A stretch of 63,984 nucleotides of DNA, counting the filler, from Octopus bimaculoides (Eukaryota): assembly GCF_001194135.2 (NCBI RefSeq). It is 7 parts of 6 records of this genome, joined end to end, with 100 filler letters (N's around TTAATTAATTAA, not from the genome) between each part and the next. Parts side by side here need not be neighbours in the genome. Positions count along the whole stretch, not along the records: positions 1 to 19,493 come from NC_069009.1; 6 more parts are not named here. One strand, given 5' to 3'. This document shows positions 1-13,089 of this stretch, piece by piece. The position numbers were made by a program, and so were the translations under genes. Under the pieces are notes generated by a model. That model was not told the DNA's origin and ran no database searches. It was given only the letters and a program-made list of their open reading frames with translations. How positions within the stretch are numbered: the stretch's first letter is position 1; the number at the start of each line of letters is the position of its first letter.

Positions 1-412
1 AAGTGGTGAGAAAGGAGCTTCAGGTATTGGGGAGGGGATGACAAGGGACCGAGGGTTTGGTGGTTTGCTGGACTTGAAAAGATATGTCCAGCTACGTCTT
101 GGTTGTCCATGCATACAAGTATGCCCCCTGCATCTCTCTTCACCTGAGAGAACCTAATCTTGTGGGATGGCTGGTGCCGGTGCCACGTAAAAACGACCCA
201 TGCTGGTGCCACGCAAATATCCATTTCGCTGCTGCAGAAAAGCAACCTGTACACTATATAAAGTGGTTGTCATTAGGAAGGGCATCCAGCCATAGAAACC
301 ATGTGAAAAGAGATATGGAACCCAGGTAGATCTTTAGCTGGCCAGCTCCTGTCAAACCGTCCAACCCATGCCAGCATGGAAAACAGCCATCACATTATGA
401 TGATGATGATGA
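1..412 (+). mobile_element. 3' end (ORF tail + 3' UTR + (GAT)n tail) of RTE-type LINE
   Basis: 3' motif ccgtccaacccatgccagcatggaa followed by a (TGA)n tail. The same tail occurs at 4750-4803 and, inverted, at 63940-63984. Confidence 0.6.
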
Positions 413-1313
413 NNNNNNNNNNNNNNNNNNNNNNNNNNNNNNNNNNNNNNNNNNNNNNNNNNNNNNNNNNNNNNNNNNNNNNNNNNNNNNNNNNNNNNNN
501 NNNNNNNNNNNNNNNNNNNNNNNNNNNNNNNNNNNNNNNNNNNNNNNNNNNNNNNNNNNNNNNNNNNNNNNNNNNNNNNNNNNNNNNNNNNNNNNNNNNN
601 NNNNNNNNNNNNNNNNNNNNNNNNNNNNNNNNNNNNNNNNNNNNNNNNNNNNNNNNNNNNNNNNNNNNNNNNNNNNNNNNNNNNNNNNNNNNNNNNNNNN
701 NNNNNNNNNNNNNNNNNNNNNNNNNNNNNNNNNNNNNNNNNNNNNNNNNNNNNNNNNNNNNNNNNNNNNNNNNNNNNNNNNNNNNNNNNNNNNNNNNNNN
801 NNNNNNNNNNNNNNNNNNNNNNNNNNNNNNNNNNNNNNNNNNNNNNNNNNNNNNNNNNNNNNNNNNNNNNNNNNNNNNNNNNNNNNNNNNNNNNNNNNNN
901 NNNNNNNNNNNNNNNNNNNNNNNNNNNNNNNNNNNNNNNNNNNNNNNNNNNNNNNNNNNNNNNNNNNNNNNNNNNNNNNNNNNNNNNNNNNNNNNNNNNN
1001 NNNNNNNNNNNNNNNNNNNNNNNNNNNNNNNNNNNNNNNNNNNNNNNNNNNNNNNNNNNNNNNNNNNNNNNNNNNNNNNNNNNNNNNNNNNNNNNNNNNN
1101 NNNNNNNNNNNNNGAGATGGGTTACCTTCTCTACCATGGAGAGGCCATGGCTTTGAGAGTGAAAGGAGACAGGATAGGAAATAGTGTTTGTTACATAATA
1201 ATATAACTAAGGGTTGTCATTGGAGACTGGACCAGGAAACGGTAATAGAGGATGGGGATGGTGGTTGTGAATTCAGACATAATGTCTTTCTGTTTCTCTC
1301 TGTCTCTCTCTCA

Positions 1314-1359
<46 letters not shown>

Positions 1360-1947
1360 CTCAAAGACGTACAAAAATATATACATTCACACACAAACAT
1401 GCACACATTTAGAAGCAATTTTAAAACTTACCTTATCTAAAAGAGCTATGTGCTCCTTCTCAGAATGAAAGGCATTTCTTCCCAAAGCTGAGAACAGGCA
1501 ATTTTCGCCAGCAGAGTCAACAGCATTTACCTCCACACCCCTGGCTATCAATTCATTTATAATTCCAAGATGCCCCTGTCTGACAGCATGTAGGAAGGGT
1601 GTCCTTTCATGAAAGCCCTTGATATCTAATTGAACTGAGTCCTTTGTGGAGGTAAAAAATAGAAAGTGAGAATTTACATGAAAATTAGGGTGGATATCAA
1701 AGTGTTATTAAAGATACTATCGTCAGTGGTGGTGGTCAGTTGGACTGTCACCACCACCAAAATAACATAATCATCATCATGATCAATATAATGTTCCTCC
1801 ACACACCCAAGACCTGTCATACAAAGTGTTTAGGGGTACAGGTGATTAAATCTACCCCCATTATTTCACTGGAACCTCGATGGTATTAAAATTAAACAGA
1901 TCAATAATATACTCGAGAGTGTATATAATATGTATTTGTTAACTAAC

Positions 1948-1984
1948 CTGGGACAGCAGCAAAGTCACCACATCATAGCGTTGG
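1948..1984 (-). CDS. Gene B, 37-nt ankyrin-repeat exon ((N)QRYDVVTLLLSQ)
   Basis: Acceptor tttccataatttccag and donor CAG|gttagt. The phase-2 start joins the AA left by exon 3129-3286 and completes an ankyrin helix-2 motif. Confidence 0.85.
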
Positions 1985-3128
1985 CTGGAAATTATGGAAA
2001 GAGGAAAGAAAAACATGAAGAATACAAACATCACAGAGGTTCAATAATTAATAATTATTAGGTCATTAAAGAAAACAAAAGTTATTGGGTCACCATAACC
2101 TAATTACAGCAATTATTACACAAACACACACATATATTTAGTCAATACACACTCTACACAACCATATATACACACACCTGAGTAAACACAGAAATGTATA
2201 TATGGCACAACAACCATCTGTTGTATAAAAATGAAATTTAGGAGGGAAAGAAAGGCTACAGTTAATTATATGGACCCCAGTACATGACTGGTATTGTNNN
2301 NNNNNNNNNNNNNNNNNNNNNNNNNNNNNNNNNNNNNNNNNNNNNNNNNNNNNNNNNNNNNNNNNNNNNNNNNNNNNNNNNNNNNNNNNNNNNNNNNNNN
2401 NNNNNNNNNNNNNNNNNNNNNNNNNNNNNNNNNNNNNNNNNNNNNNNNNNNNNNNNNNNNNNNNNNNNNNNNNNNNNNNNNNNNNNNNNNNNNNNNNNNN
2501 NNNNNNNNNNNNNNNNNNNNNNNNNNNNNNNNNNNNNNNNNNNNNNNNNNNNNNNNNNNNNNNNNNNNNNNNNNNNNNNNNNNNNNNNNNNNNNNNNNNN
2601 NNNNNNNNNNNNNNNNNNNNNNNNNNNNNNNNNNNNNNNNNNNNNNNNNNNNAGAGAGGACAGTTTATTAAATGAACCCCTGGATATTACTGGTACAGAT
2701 TATATTGAGCCAGAATGATAAAAGATTCTTTGGCAGGATTTGAACATGGAGCATAAAGAGACAAATGTAAATATTGTAAGGGAATGATTCTGTATTTAGC
2801 CCAGGGTCAGAGGAAAGAGGAAAACTACAAGAGAGAGAGAGAGAAGGCATTTCCACATGGAATGAAAGGAAGAAGAGAGAGGATTCGAACCTGTAACGTT
2901 GAGGTATTGGAGGATGAGATACAGTAAAGAATCTAGTCAGGCAACAACAACAATTACAGAGATGATTAATTAATGAAGTAGATTACAGTGTCATTACAGT
3001 GTGAGAGAGAGAAGAAATACAACAACCCCGTGGTGGGATTATGACATGAATGACTCGATGGAAAAGAAACAAACATTGGAAACATAAAAGAAACAGATTT
3101 GGATATTCCAGATCCAATGGAGACTTAC

Positions 3129-3286
3129 TTTTGAACTGCCAGATGTAGAGGTGTGTTACCATCACTGTCTTTGATATTGACATTGATGCCTGTGTGATTC
3201 AGTAAGAGATGAACTGTGTATGTGTGTCCCGAGTAAGAAGCATAGTGTAGAGGTGTGAAACGAGAGTGAAGGTATTGTTGATTCAC
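3129..3286 (-). CDS. Gene B, 158-nt ankyrin-repeat exon (VNQQYLHSRFTPLHYASYSGHTYTVHLLLNHTGINVNIKDSDGNTPLHLAVQ)
   Basis: Polypyrimidine acceptor ttcttttctttttcag and donor AA|gtaagt. Two TPLH motifs and the GINVNIKDSDGNTPLH ankyrin consensus. Not in the ORF track. Confidence 0.92.
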
Positions 3287-3639
3287 CTGAAAAAGAAAAG
3301 AATAAAAACATTAAAAACATGTCTGAAGGGTGGAGAAGGAGATTAAAAGAAAACAAAATCACAGAAAAAGAGAAGAGACAGAACTCAATAAATTAAACAA
3401 TTGGAACGATTAGGGTGGGGAGTAATTACATGGGGCTTATATTGTATTTATACACACACACATATACACAGGTGAGTACCTTATTATTTTTTCTAACATA
3501 TATATATATATACACACACACACACATACATACACACACACACATATATATATATACACACACACACATATATATAAGATGAATAACTCAAACTCTTAGA
3601 GCAGCATAATACGTGTATGCGTATGAATACAAATATGCA

Positions 3640-4803
3640 CATGTGTATATACTCCGATGGATATGTAATGTCAGTGTGCATACTCGACAGAGTGTAATCG
3701 CCTTGAGAGACAAGTTGGACCTATGAAGTATCAGATGTGGTGTGCAAGAGAGACGACTGCTGGTATGGTCATGTGGTGAAAATGGATAAGGATAGCTGGA
3801 TGAAAAAGTGCCAAACCCTAGCGGTTTANNNNNNNNNNNNNNNNNNNNNNNNNNNNNNNNNNNNNNNNNNNNNNNNNNNNNNNNNNNNNNNNNNNNNNNN
3901 NNNNNNNNNNNNNNNNNNNNNNNNNNNNNNNNNNNNNNNNNNNNNNNNNNNNNNNNNNNNNNNNNNNNNNNNNNNNNNNNNNNNNNNNNNNNNNNNNNNN
4001 NNNNNNNNNNNNNNNNNNNNNNNNNNNNNNNNNNNNNNNNNNNNNNNNNNNNNNNNNNNNNNNNNNNNNNNNNNNNNNNNNNNNNNNNNNNNNNNNNNNN
4101 NNNNNNNNNNNNNNNNNNNNNNNNNNNNNNNNNNNNNNNNNNNNNNNNNNNNNNNNNNNNNNNNNNNNNNNNNNNNNNNNNNNNNNNNNNNNGGGACCTT
4201 TGGAAATATGCTGTGCATGAGAAGACCAGGCAAGCCAAGTGAGACCATAACACGTGGCCTTTGCCAGGGGTGTAACTCACCCACTTATGCGTACATTTCC
4301 TTCATTGGACACTAAACTCTGCTTGCAAAGACCTGTTGAGGCAACTGACATCGAATTCAAATCAAATTCACAAATTCAATGACTGGCACCCGTGCCAATG
4401 GAGCGCTAAGAGCACCATCCAAGAGTGATCGATGACTGGCTTCCGTGTCGATGGCACGTAAAAAGCACCATTCAAACGTGTTCATTACCAGTGTCACCCT
4501 ACTGGCACGTGAAAACACATTCAAGCGAGATCATTATCAGTGCTGCTGGACTGGCTCCTGTGCAGGTGGCACGTAAAAAACACCATTTGAGCATGGCTGT
4601 AGCCAGTAGCGCCTCACTGACCCTCATGTCAGTGGCACGTCAAAGCACCCTCCACACTCTCGAAGTGGTTGGCGTTAGGAAGGGCATCGAAATGTAGAAA
4701 CCTTGCCAGATCAGATTGGAGCCTGGTGCAACCATATGGTTCGCCATTCCTCAGTCAAATCGTCCAACCCATGCTAGCATGGAAAGTGAAATGATGGTGA
4801 TGA
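3640..4803 (+). mobile_element. RTE-clade LINE 3' fragment (spans a gap)
   Basis: Frameshifted peptide resembling WMCNVSV...WYGHVVKMDKDSWMKKC, typical of RTE ORF C-termini. 3' UTR and (TGA)n tail match 1-412. Confidence 0.7.
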
Positions 4804-5046
4804 TATATATATATATATATTTAATATATATTTATATATAACATATATAAGTATATATATATATAACATATATAAGTATATATATATAACGTATATGTAT
4901 ATATATATATAATATATAGCATATATATGTATATATAGAATATATATAACATATGTGTATGTTTATATAATATATAGCATATATATGCATATATATAATA
5001 TATATAACATATGTGCATATATATATATAATATATATAACATATGC

Positions 5047-5094
<48 letters not shown>

Positions 5095-5442
5095 CATATG
5101 TGTATGTATATATAATATATAGCATATATATGTATATATATAATATATATAACATATGTGCATATATATATATAATATATATAACATATATATGTATATG
5201 TATATACAATATAAATAACATATATATATATGTATATACGATATATATAACATATATATATATGTATATATATAACATATATATATATATATAACATATA
5301 TATATATGAATATATATAACATATATATATATATAACATATATATATATGAATATATATAACATATATATATATATATAGCATATATATATCATATATAT
5401 ACAATATATATAACATATATATATGTATATATATATATAACA
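4804..5442. repeat. Complex (TA)n microsatellite/minisatellite
   Basis: Nearly pure TA with recurring atataacatat variants. Confidence 0.95.
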
Positions 5443-5949
5443 NNNNNNNNNNNNNNNNNNNNNNNNNNNNNNNNNNNNNNNNNNNNNNNNNNNNNNNNNN
5501 NNNNNNNNNNNNNNNNNNNNNNNNNNNNNNNNNNNNNNNNNNTTATACCATCTAATGTCCCATTCAAATTTAAGCCCTTACAGTTTCCTATCTCACTTTC
5601 TTTTGCCATTAAGCATTAATTAAAGTCAGGGCCGAACATTAAAAGTTGCTCGATTGCAACTTGATCAGCAAACAGAAGTTCGTGTATGGAATCCATCTTT
5701 TTTCTGTTTCAACAAGCGTAAATATAAAAACGGAATAATTGTTTGGCGTCAAAAGTAAAGCAAATCAGATGAGGGTTGAAAGAGAAAAATTTCTCGTCGT
5801 CATTGTCAGATTTCTATCAAACACTTCTTACAGAGATTTTTTCGTATCGTTTATGGTTACATTTTTTTCGAAGATGCGAAAGTAAAATATCGCCAAAGAA
5901 GTATTAGACAAAACAAAAAATATTCGCTGAACTTCTATTAGTTACTGGT

Positions 5950-7700
5950 AACCAATTTTCTTTTATTTGTTTTGTCATAACTTTCAAGAAAATGAATATT
6001 TTTTTAATGAAATTTTCTACAAATACATTTGATATGGTGTAGATTACAGTTATATTGGAATGTGTTGAGAAAAAACTTATCGGAGTGGTTAGCAAGATGA
6101 AATTTTCTAGAAATATCTTTGAGATGGTGTAAATTATGATTAAATCAATGTTGAATGAGGGGGGAAAAGAAGGATCGGTGGTCGCCCACGGATACATGTT
6201 GATAATCCCCACATATATATTTACAAAATAAAACTCGGAAATTCTGAAAAAAGAGAGAAAGAAACGAAACAAGAATGTGATGTTTGTTAGTATGTATGTT
6301 TGTGCAGATCTACACGATCTGAAAGATATTTGCAGAAAATTTCATCTAATAAAACTCATTTTTCTGAAAGTTATGTAGAAACTAATTAGGAGAAGGACAC
6401 ACGTGTGCAATTATGCTTCATTTTCATAATGCTATATCTAAGATTTAGTGTACCGGAAGCAAAATGCAATAAATTCGAGACAACGTTTAAGGAATAAAGG
6501 GATTTTATCAGAGTTACTGCCCCTCGTATTTCATCGTAAACGCATGCGCAGGCGTCGTGTTTACAGTTTCTGATGTTTCGATGTCATTTGACGTTGTTTT
6601 AATTCTTGAGGTGGCCAAAAGCATATTTATAAAACGCTTAGACACAGATAGCCAGGCAGAGAGAGAGAGAGAGAGAAGAGAAAAATATTAGTGAGTAAAA
6701 GAGACGATTCAGATGCTGTTTAGATTTGATGTTCCACCGATACGCACAGATGAGGGAGCCGACAGCCGAGAAGCTTTCCGACTGGAACAACGATTTCCAG
6801 CAGAAGATCCTTGTTGGAAAGGCAGGCATTTCAGTTATTATATAGATCCGCACCCAGTGGAAAAATTGAAAAAAAATTAGTGTAGTAGTTGAAGTGCACC
6901 GTATATGAAATAAATATGAAGGAAAAAATGCGCGCTGCCAAAGGGGGGGGGGCTCGGAAAATTCACACAACCCGAGCACTAAATCTCAAAGTCCGGTCAC
7001 AGGAGTGAAACAGAAATCATCTAATACTTCTAATGCAATGTATATTGAACAAATATCCGGGTGCGAATCTATATAATAACCGGCATTTCTACAGATGTAT
7101 GTGACACACCGAATCTTTTTCCTCATAACTTTCAGAAAAAGTGAGTTTGGTAAAGTTCACACGAATTATCTTTGTTTCCTCATAACTTTAACAAAAAACG
7201 GGTACCTTTCAGTAAACTTTTCTACAAATACTTTCCAGGGTGTTTGAATTACAATTGTATTGGAATTAAATGTGAAAAGAAAAATAGTGATCAAACACAC
7301 ACACACACATCACAATTTTCTCCGAAATTTCAAGTTTCATTTCGTAGATATGTGACCTGTGTCAGTATATATGTGAACGAACCAACCAATTTTATTTTTT
7401 TCATATTCATTTCCGATATAATCGTAACGTACACACTCTGAAAAGCATTTATAGAAAATTCCATCAAAAGTTAACCATTTTTCTGAAAGTAATTCAAAAA
7501 CTAAGCCACCTCGAGTGAATTTTCCCAAACTCCTCACGATATATCACTTACACACAATGCGCCTCGGAAAGATTTTTTTCATCACATATTCCGATATAAT
7601 CGGAATTTACACCATCTGAAGCTTACTTATAGAATATATTGTTTAAAATATCCATTTTTTCTGGAAGCAATGAGGCAAGAAATTCGGGGGTCACACATCT
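5950..7700. repeat. Array of ~50-90 bp motifs in direct and inverted orientation (fold-back or subterminal-repeat element)
   Basis: Core AAATTTTCTAcAAATA..TTTgAGATGGTGTAaATTAc..TTATATTGGAA at ~6009, ~6100 and ~7216 (+), and at ~6305, ~7403 and ~7586 (-). Confidence 0.6.
6541..6550. promoter_or_regulatory. NRF1-like motif CGCATGCGCA in a locally CpG-richer stretch
   Basis: 10-nt match to the (T)GCGCATGCGCA palindromic consensus. No transcript evidence. Confidence 0.25.
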
Positions 7701-8911
7701 GTCGCAATGCCAAAAGGCATTTAATATCTTCACACTCAACTCCTTCATAACCGCCGAGATGCGTCGCTTTTCGTCGGTCACCATGTTCGTAGCCGTTTCC
7801 CCGCGACAGCTCCGTTACATACGCATGAGACACTTCAAGACACAGCGGCGTACAATGAGTAAAAACAGTGTGCCGAGATTTATCGGTGGCAGAAGCGTCG
7901 TCGTTATGTGATGNNNNNNNNNNNNNNNNNNNNNNNNNNNNNNNNNNNNNNNNNNNNNNNNNNNNNNNNNNNNNNNNNNNNNNNNNNNNNNNNNNNNNNN
8001 NNNNNNNNNNNNNNNNNNNNNNNNNNNNNNNNNNNNNNNNNNNNNNNNNNNNNNNNNNNNNNNNNNNNNNNNNNNNNNNNNNNNNNNNNNNNNNNNNNNN
8101 NNNNNNNNNNNNNNNNNNNNNNNNNNNNNNNNNNNNNNNNNNNNNNNNNNNNNNNNNNNNNNNNNNNNNNNNNNNNNNNNNNNNNNNNNNNNNNNNNNNN
8201 NNNNNNNNNNNNNNNNNNNNNNNNNNNNNNNNNNNNNNNNNNNNNNNNNNNNNNNNNNNNNNNNNNNNNNNNNNNNNNNNNNNNNNNNNNNNNNNNNNNN
8301 NNNNNNNNNNNNNNNNNNNNNNNNNNNNNNNNNNNNNNNNNNNNNNNNNNNNNNNNNNNNNNNNNNNNNNNNNNNNNNNNNNNNNNNNNNNNNNNNNNNN
8401 NNNNNNNNNNNNNNNNNNNNNNNNNNNNNNNNNNNNNNNNNNNNNNNNNNNNNNNNNNNNNNNNNNNNNNNNNNNNNNNNNNNNNNNNNNNNNNNNNNNN
8501 NNNNNNNNNNNNNNNNNNNNNNNNNNNNNNNNNNNNNNNNNNNNNNNNNNNNNNNNNNNNNNNNNNNNNNNNNNNNNNNNNNNNNNNNNNNNNNNNNNNN
8601 NNNNNNNNNNNNNNNNNNNNNNNNNNNNNNNNNNNNNNNNNNNNNNNNNNNNNNNNNNNNNNNNNNNNNNNNNNNNNNNNNNNNNNNNNNNNNNNNNNNN
8701 NNNNNNNNNNNNNNNNNNNNNNNNNNNNNNNNNNNNNNNNNNNNNNNNNNNNNNNNNNNNNNNNNNNNNNNNNNNNNNNNNNNNNNNNNNNNNNNNNNNN
8801 NNNNNNNNNNNNNNNNNNNNNNNNNNNNNNNNNNNNNNNNNNNNNNNNNNNNNNNNNNNNNNNNNNNNNNNNNNNNNNNNNNNNNNNNNNNNNNNNNNNN
8901 NNNNNNNNNNN

Positions 8912-8943
<32 letters not shown>

Positions 8944-9009
8944 CATATATATACTGAGGTTATGAGAGGTAAAGAACAACAAGAACGAACGAACATTTCA
9001 AAATTGATC

Positions 9010-9015
9010 TTTATT
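9010..9015 (-). promoter_or_regulatory. Candidate polyadenylation signal of gene A
   Basis: AATAAA on the minus strand ~260 nt after the gene A stop codon. Confidence 0.45.
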
Positions 9016-9272
9016 TCAGAACTTAAGCCCTAAGAAAGAAAAGGGGCCAAATCAGTTGGGAATCTTTTATGTGGTAGATCGATATGCTAGAGTTAGTAGC
9101 CAAATCCTCCTTAATTCACAATTATCAGCTTAAAGAAGAACACATTGGACAATGTGATCCTGGGTTCTCTACATAAAGGCAGGAGGGTCCTGGCTGGAAT
9201 GCATTTGATCATTGGTCTCTGTGTGATCAAGGCTGACCTCAGACTAAACAATTTCAACATTTACATAGGGAT

Positions 9273-9478
9273 TCACTTTTCTCCTGACGATAGATATTCC
9301 AGTGCGTCAAAACACTGAGCTGCTTGAAGGGCGTCTCTTAGTGTTCTGAATGTCCGAGTATCTGGATCACAACTTGTAAACCACCGGTACAACATCTGGA
9401 AGCTCTGTTCTACAGTGTTATTTGGATTGTTACACATGATAATATTCAGCTGGACATTTTTGATTCCTAAATTCCTCC
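9273..9478 (-). CDS. Gene A terminal exon: Death domain helices 2-6 ((G)RNLGIKNVQLNIIMCNNPNNTVEQSFQMLYRWFTSCDPDTRTFRTLRDALQAAQCFDALEYLSSGEK*)
   Basis: Acceptor ttgttgtatcttttgcag with phase 1. Death-fold motifs GRxLG, EQxxQMLxxW and TLxxAL. TGA at 9275-9273. Confidence 0.92.
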
Positions 9479-9819
9479 CTGCAAAAGATACAACAATAAG
9501 AAATAACTGCAACATTAACGATTCTATATTAAAAAATGTGTACTGTAGGTTATCATAAATATAACAAATACACGATGTCAATAGAGGAATGAAAAATAGT
9601 TAATATAAAAAATATAAGACATTTTCTAAGAATGTTAATTAAATAATAACAAAGAGGTTAAAATATAGGATGGAAATGATGAAAATTATTTAAAATATTA
9701 ATTGAAAATTACACTTGCGATAATTTATGCGAAACAAATGTTAAAAATGTTTGTGAAGGCAAAAGTGTATGAAAACTTAAGGAATCAACATAGGCCACCA
9801 ACTGTCAAACCAGTTGATC

Positions 9820-10035
9820 CATCCATCCATCCATCCATCCATCCATCCATTTCCTCTGCTGAATATTCCAGGGAGGGTTGCGGGGGTAGAGTCCTCCTCC
9901 ATAGGGTCCTATCAGATGCAACCATCATTAGACAGTTTGGTTGGATTCCCAGGCGTGAACAGCTAAGATTATGGATGTCATCCAACCATTTCCTTCTTGG
10001 TGTATCCCTAGATCTTCTTCACCATTAGCTAGGTT
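9820..10035 (-). mobile_element. RTE LINE 3' end with (ATGG)n tail (intronic)
   Basis: Minus-strand peptide W.DDIHNLSCSRLG...ASDRTLWRR followed by a (GGAT)n tail. Confidence 0.55.
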
Positions 10036-11369
10036 TCTACACATGGGAATTATAAGATTATGAAATAAAAATGTGTGCGATTTAAGGGTGATTTAGTTGT
10101 TGGTTTTAGCACATTCCATGACCACCTGATACCTTCCTCGTTTCTTGGTCAGTCTGACATGTATTCATGTTTTTCAATATCTTTCTCTTCATGAATACAT
10201 AAAATTGAATGATGATGCACCCAGGGGTAGTCCATTGCTGGGATTTAAGCAAAGAATTCGGTCTGTCCATATTTGAAACTCTCGTTAAAAATAAAATCAA
10301 AATAAAGAATTTAACTTTTAGGATTTATGGAGGTGAGGGATAAAAAGTTTTATTCCAACATTTTGGCATAATCATATTATTCCCATAGAACACAAATTCG
10401 TAAATATTTTCTGGAAATTCCAAAAAAAAAAAGAAAAAGAAAAATTATGAGGCGTTATACAGGATAATTAAACCAAAATTCCGCCGGAAGTTATTTTACA
10501 AACTCCCAGAATGCATCACAAACTTTTTTTTTTGCAATTTAACTTTCAGTTTCAGTTTCTATCTGTTTTTTAAAATCTTTTGTAAATTTTCGCATTACAT
10601 GTCTGTTTCAATATTTCGCATAAGTTTATTCATTAAAACTTTTAGAAACTTTCCTCTTTGAATATTTTGTCGTCATAATGTCATCAGTTGTCATTATGTT
10701 GTCATCACGCACAAAATGCTAGCTTCCAATTCCTGTTTTCTGATTGGGTAAAAATTTTCAAATTTTTGAAACTGTTGAGAATACTTTTTAAAAAAGAATT
10801 CTGGAACAAGTGAATAACAATGTGAGATTTGGTGTGAAGCATTACATCAATTTACCAAAATTAAATTTGTCAGTTAAATTTTTTTTAAATTAAAACCGAA
10901 AAGAAATGATCTGAATTTCTTTCACTGAATCAATGCCATGATTTAGAGAGAAATCGATAATGGAGACGTGTTAAAGTAAACCTTAGCAATGAGAAGAGAT
11001 TCTGTCATCAGGAAAGAAGACAAGACTCGCCAACATCTAAACCATTCACCTAGTTACACTTAACCACTAAATGTGAGTGAAGTGTGGTCCACAACTCCAT
11101 AGATGGACAGTGGGTAGTGGAGGGGCTATAACACGTCACTCACTATACACACAATCATGCTTAAAAGGACCATTTAATGATGTTGTCCTGTACTTCTCTA
11201 ATCTATCTCTTATTACCAACTTTGCTAACATTGGTGGATATTTTATGACAATTCAGTAATATTAATATCTTTACAGCTAACCTTTCAGCTAGAAAGTAGA
11301 AATGGGACATTTTACGCAATCATGCTGACAAACAAAAGCTGAAACCAGTTAGGTACTGTTTCTACTCAC

Positions 11370-11441
11370 CAACTTGCTGCCATTGATCTCCTAACTGCTG
11401 TGCGATATCCTGGAAAAACTTTTCACTTAACTCTGCAGTCA
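11370..11441 (-). CDS. Gene A exon: Death domain N-terminal part ((V)TAELSEKFFQDIAQQLGDQWQQV(G))
   Basis: Acceptor tatttatttcag and donor G|gtgagt. A 72-nt phase 1-1 exon. IAxxLGxxWxxxGRxLG is formed across the splice. Not in the ORF track. Confidence 0.92.
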
Positions 11442-11714
11442 CTGAAATAAATATTTCCAAGTTTTATATCATGAGGCTTTCTCGGAGCTGTATTTTCTAC
11501 GGAGAGCATGCCCTTGCTTACCCCAACCTCAGTTTCTAGACATGAGTGGTCCCGTGACCAAGGCCTCTACCACTATTTTTAAGAAATGTCGTGCAAAACT
11601 AGCTCAGAAAGGCAGGGACACTACTCCCCGAGACCCCTTCCGGAGCCCCATACCTATAGCCTCCCTACCTATGAGGAGGACTGAGAGAGTAACGGTGAGA
11701 GAAATGTATGGTGT

Positions 11715-11990
11715 GAAGCTGTTTGGTGTAAAGTTGTTGTTTTTTCTCTTCAGACACATCTAGAAAACGTTTTTCTGTAAGGACATTTTTCATTCGGGGT
11801 AACAAAAACAAGTAACAGAGAACAAGGTCAATTTCCACCTTTTCTTTCAGTTCACAACATGCATTTAGTCGAGACTGCTTTTGACCTTCTGTGAACAAGC
11901 GAAGTACAAACTTTCCTGCAAATATTTCATTCAGAATTCCTCGCTCAAAATTCGTTGGTAGGGGCTCCAGAACACACTAGTTACACCAAC
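11715..11990 (-). mobile_element. Internally deleted mariner transposase remnant
   Basis: Peptide GKFVLRLFTEGQKQSRLNACCELKEKVEID fused directly to FLLPRMKNVLTEKRFLDV. These are mariner motifs with the catalytic core deleted. Confidence 0.65.
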
Positions 11991-12350
11991 AAGTTCGTCA
12001 ATTATTTTTCTATACACAAGTCAAAGATTCTTCCCCGCCCCGTTCATGTCTCCTCTATCAATGTGGTAGACCTCAACAGGTGTAAAACCCAATAACCAAC
12101 AAATGTAAGGACAAAATTACATCCTTGCAGAAGGGTTTAGCTGACAGAAACTGTCTTTCGGATATCATTCTCAATATAAGATCATTATAAGGAATATGTA
12201 ATCCTACTCGCACCCCACCCCATCCCATCACCACAACTATACAACATTTGTAACTAATGCTAGTTGAGGTCAACTAATTAAAAATGTCACTATATTACTT
12301 TATAATAAATATATAACCAGTGCCACATAAATAGACAGAAATTATTCACA

Positions 12351-12570
12351 TATTCTTTTCTACTCTAGGCACAAAACCCGAAATTTTGGGGGAGGGAGCC
12401 AGTCGATTAGATCGACCCCAGTACTCAACTAGTACTTAATTTAATTAAACCCGAAAGGATAAAAGGCAAGGTCGACCTCGGCGGAATTTGAACTCAGAAC
12501 ATAAAGACAGGCGAAATACCACTAAGCATTTCGCCCGGTGTGCTAACGTTTCTGCCAGCTCACCGCCTTA
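12351..12570 (-). mobile_element. tRNA-derived SINE, family with GCCTTTCATCCTTTCGGGGTCGA central domain
   Basis: A/B-box-like head plus central domain. Other copies at ~15125-15335, 16110-16290, 42525-42680, 42700-42840, 48631-48855 and 57340-57545 (all -), and 56170-56440 (+). Confidence 0.85.
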
Positions 12571-12884
12571 GAAATTATTCAAATATTGTTTCATATGGAA
12601 TGAAGCCAAGACACAATAATAGCTGGACATTGCTGGATAATAAAAATCAATAATCCCAGTTTGTAAGGATGTGCTTCTGTATCCAAGAGAAACAGTAGAA
12701 TTGCATGGAGGGTAACAAGGAGTAAAATTTAAGGTGGGGGTACAAGATGGTGCTAAGACAAAATAAGGTTTAATTTCAGGCATAATTTAAGACAGTTATT
12801 GAATGATAGCAGATTAATTATCATGTTAATAGAGTATATAGATAGCATAATAGCCCTGTACGTGACGCTGTAATACTAGTTATC

Positions 12885-13074
12885 TGTTGTTGTTGGCACT
12901 CCATCGCTTATGATGTCGAGGGTTCCAGTCAATCCGATCAACGGAACAGCCTGCTCGTGAAATTAACGTGCAAGTGGCTGAGCACTCCACAGACACGTGT
13001 ATCCTTAACGTAGTTCTCAGGGATATTCAGCGTGACACTTTAAATTACAGGCACAGCAGAAACAGGAAGTAAGA
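12885..13074 (-). mobile_element. SINE copy (left arm of inverted pair)
   Basis: Reverse complement of 13156-13362, with a ~15-nt deletion and CpG-type transitions. Confidence 0.85.
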
Positions 13075-13089
13075 AAACACCTAAAAGCT

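Noticed and set aside
1725-1760. Hairpin ggtggtggtcagt/actgtcaccaccacc
   Set aside because: Short and built on a (GGT)n microsatellite, so expected by chance.
6638-6979. 113-aa minus-strand ORF as first coding exon of gene B
   Set aside because: No recognisable domain, it ends in a (GA)n-derived tract, and there is no suitable donor linking it to the ankyrin exons.
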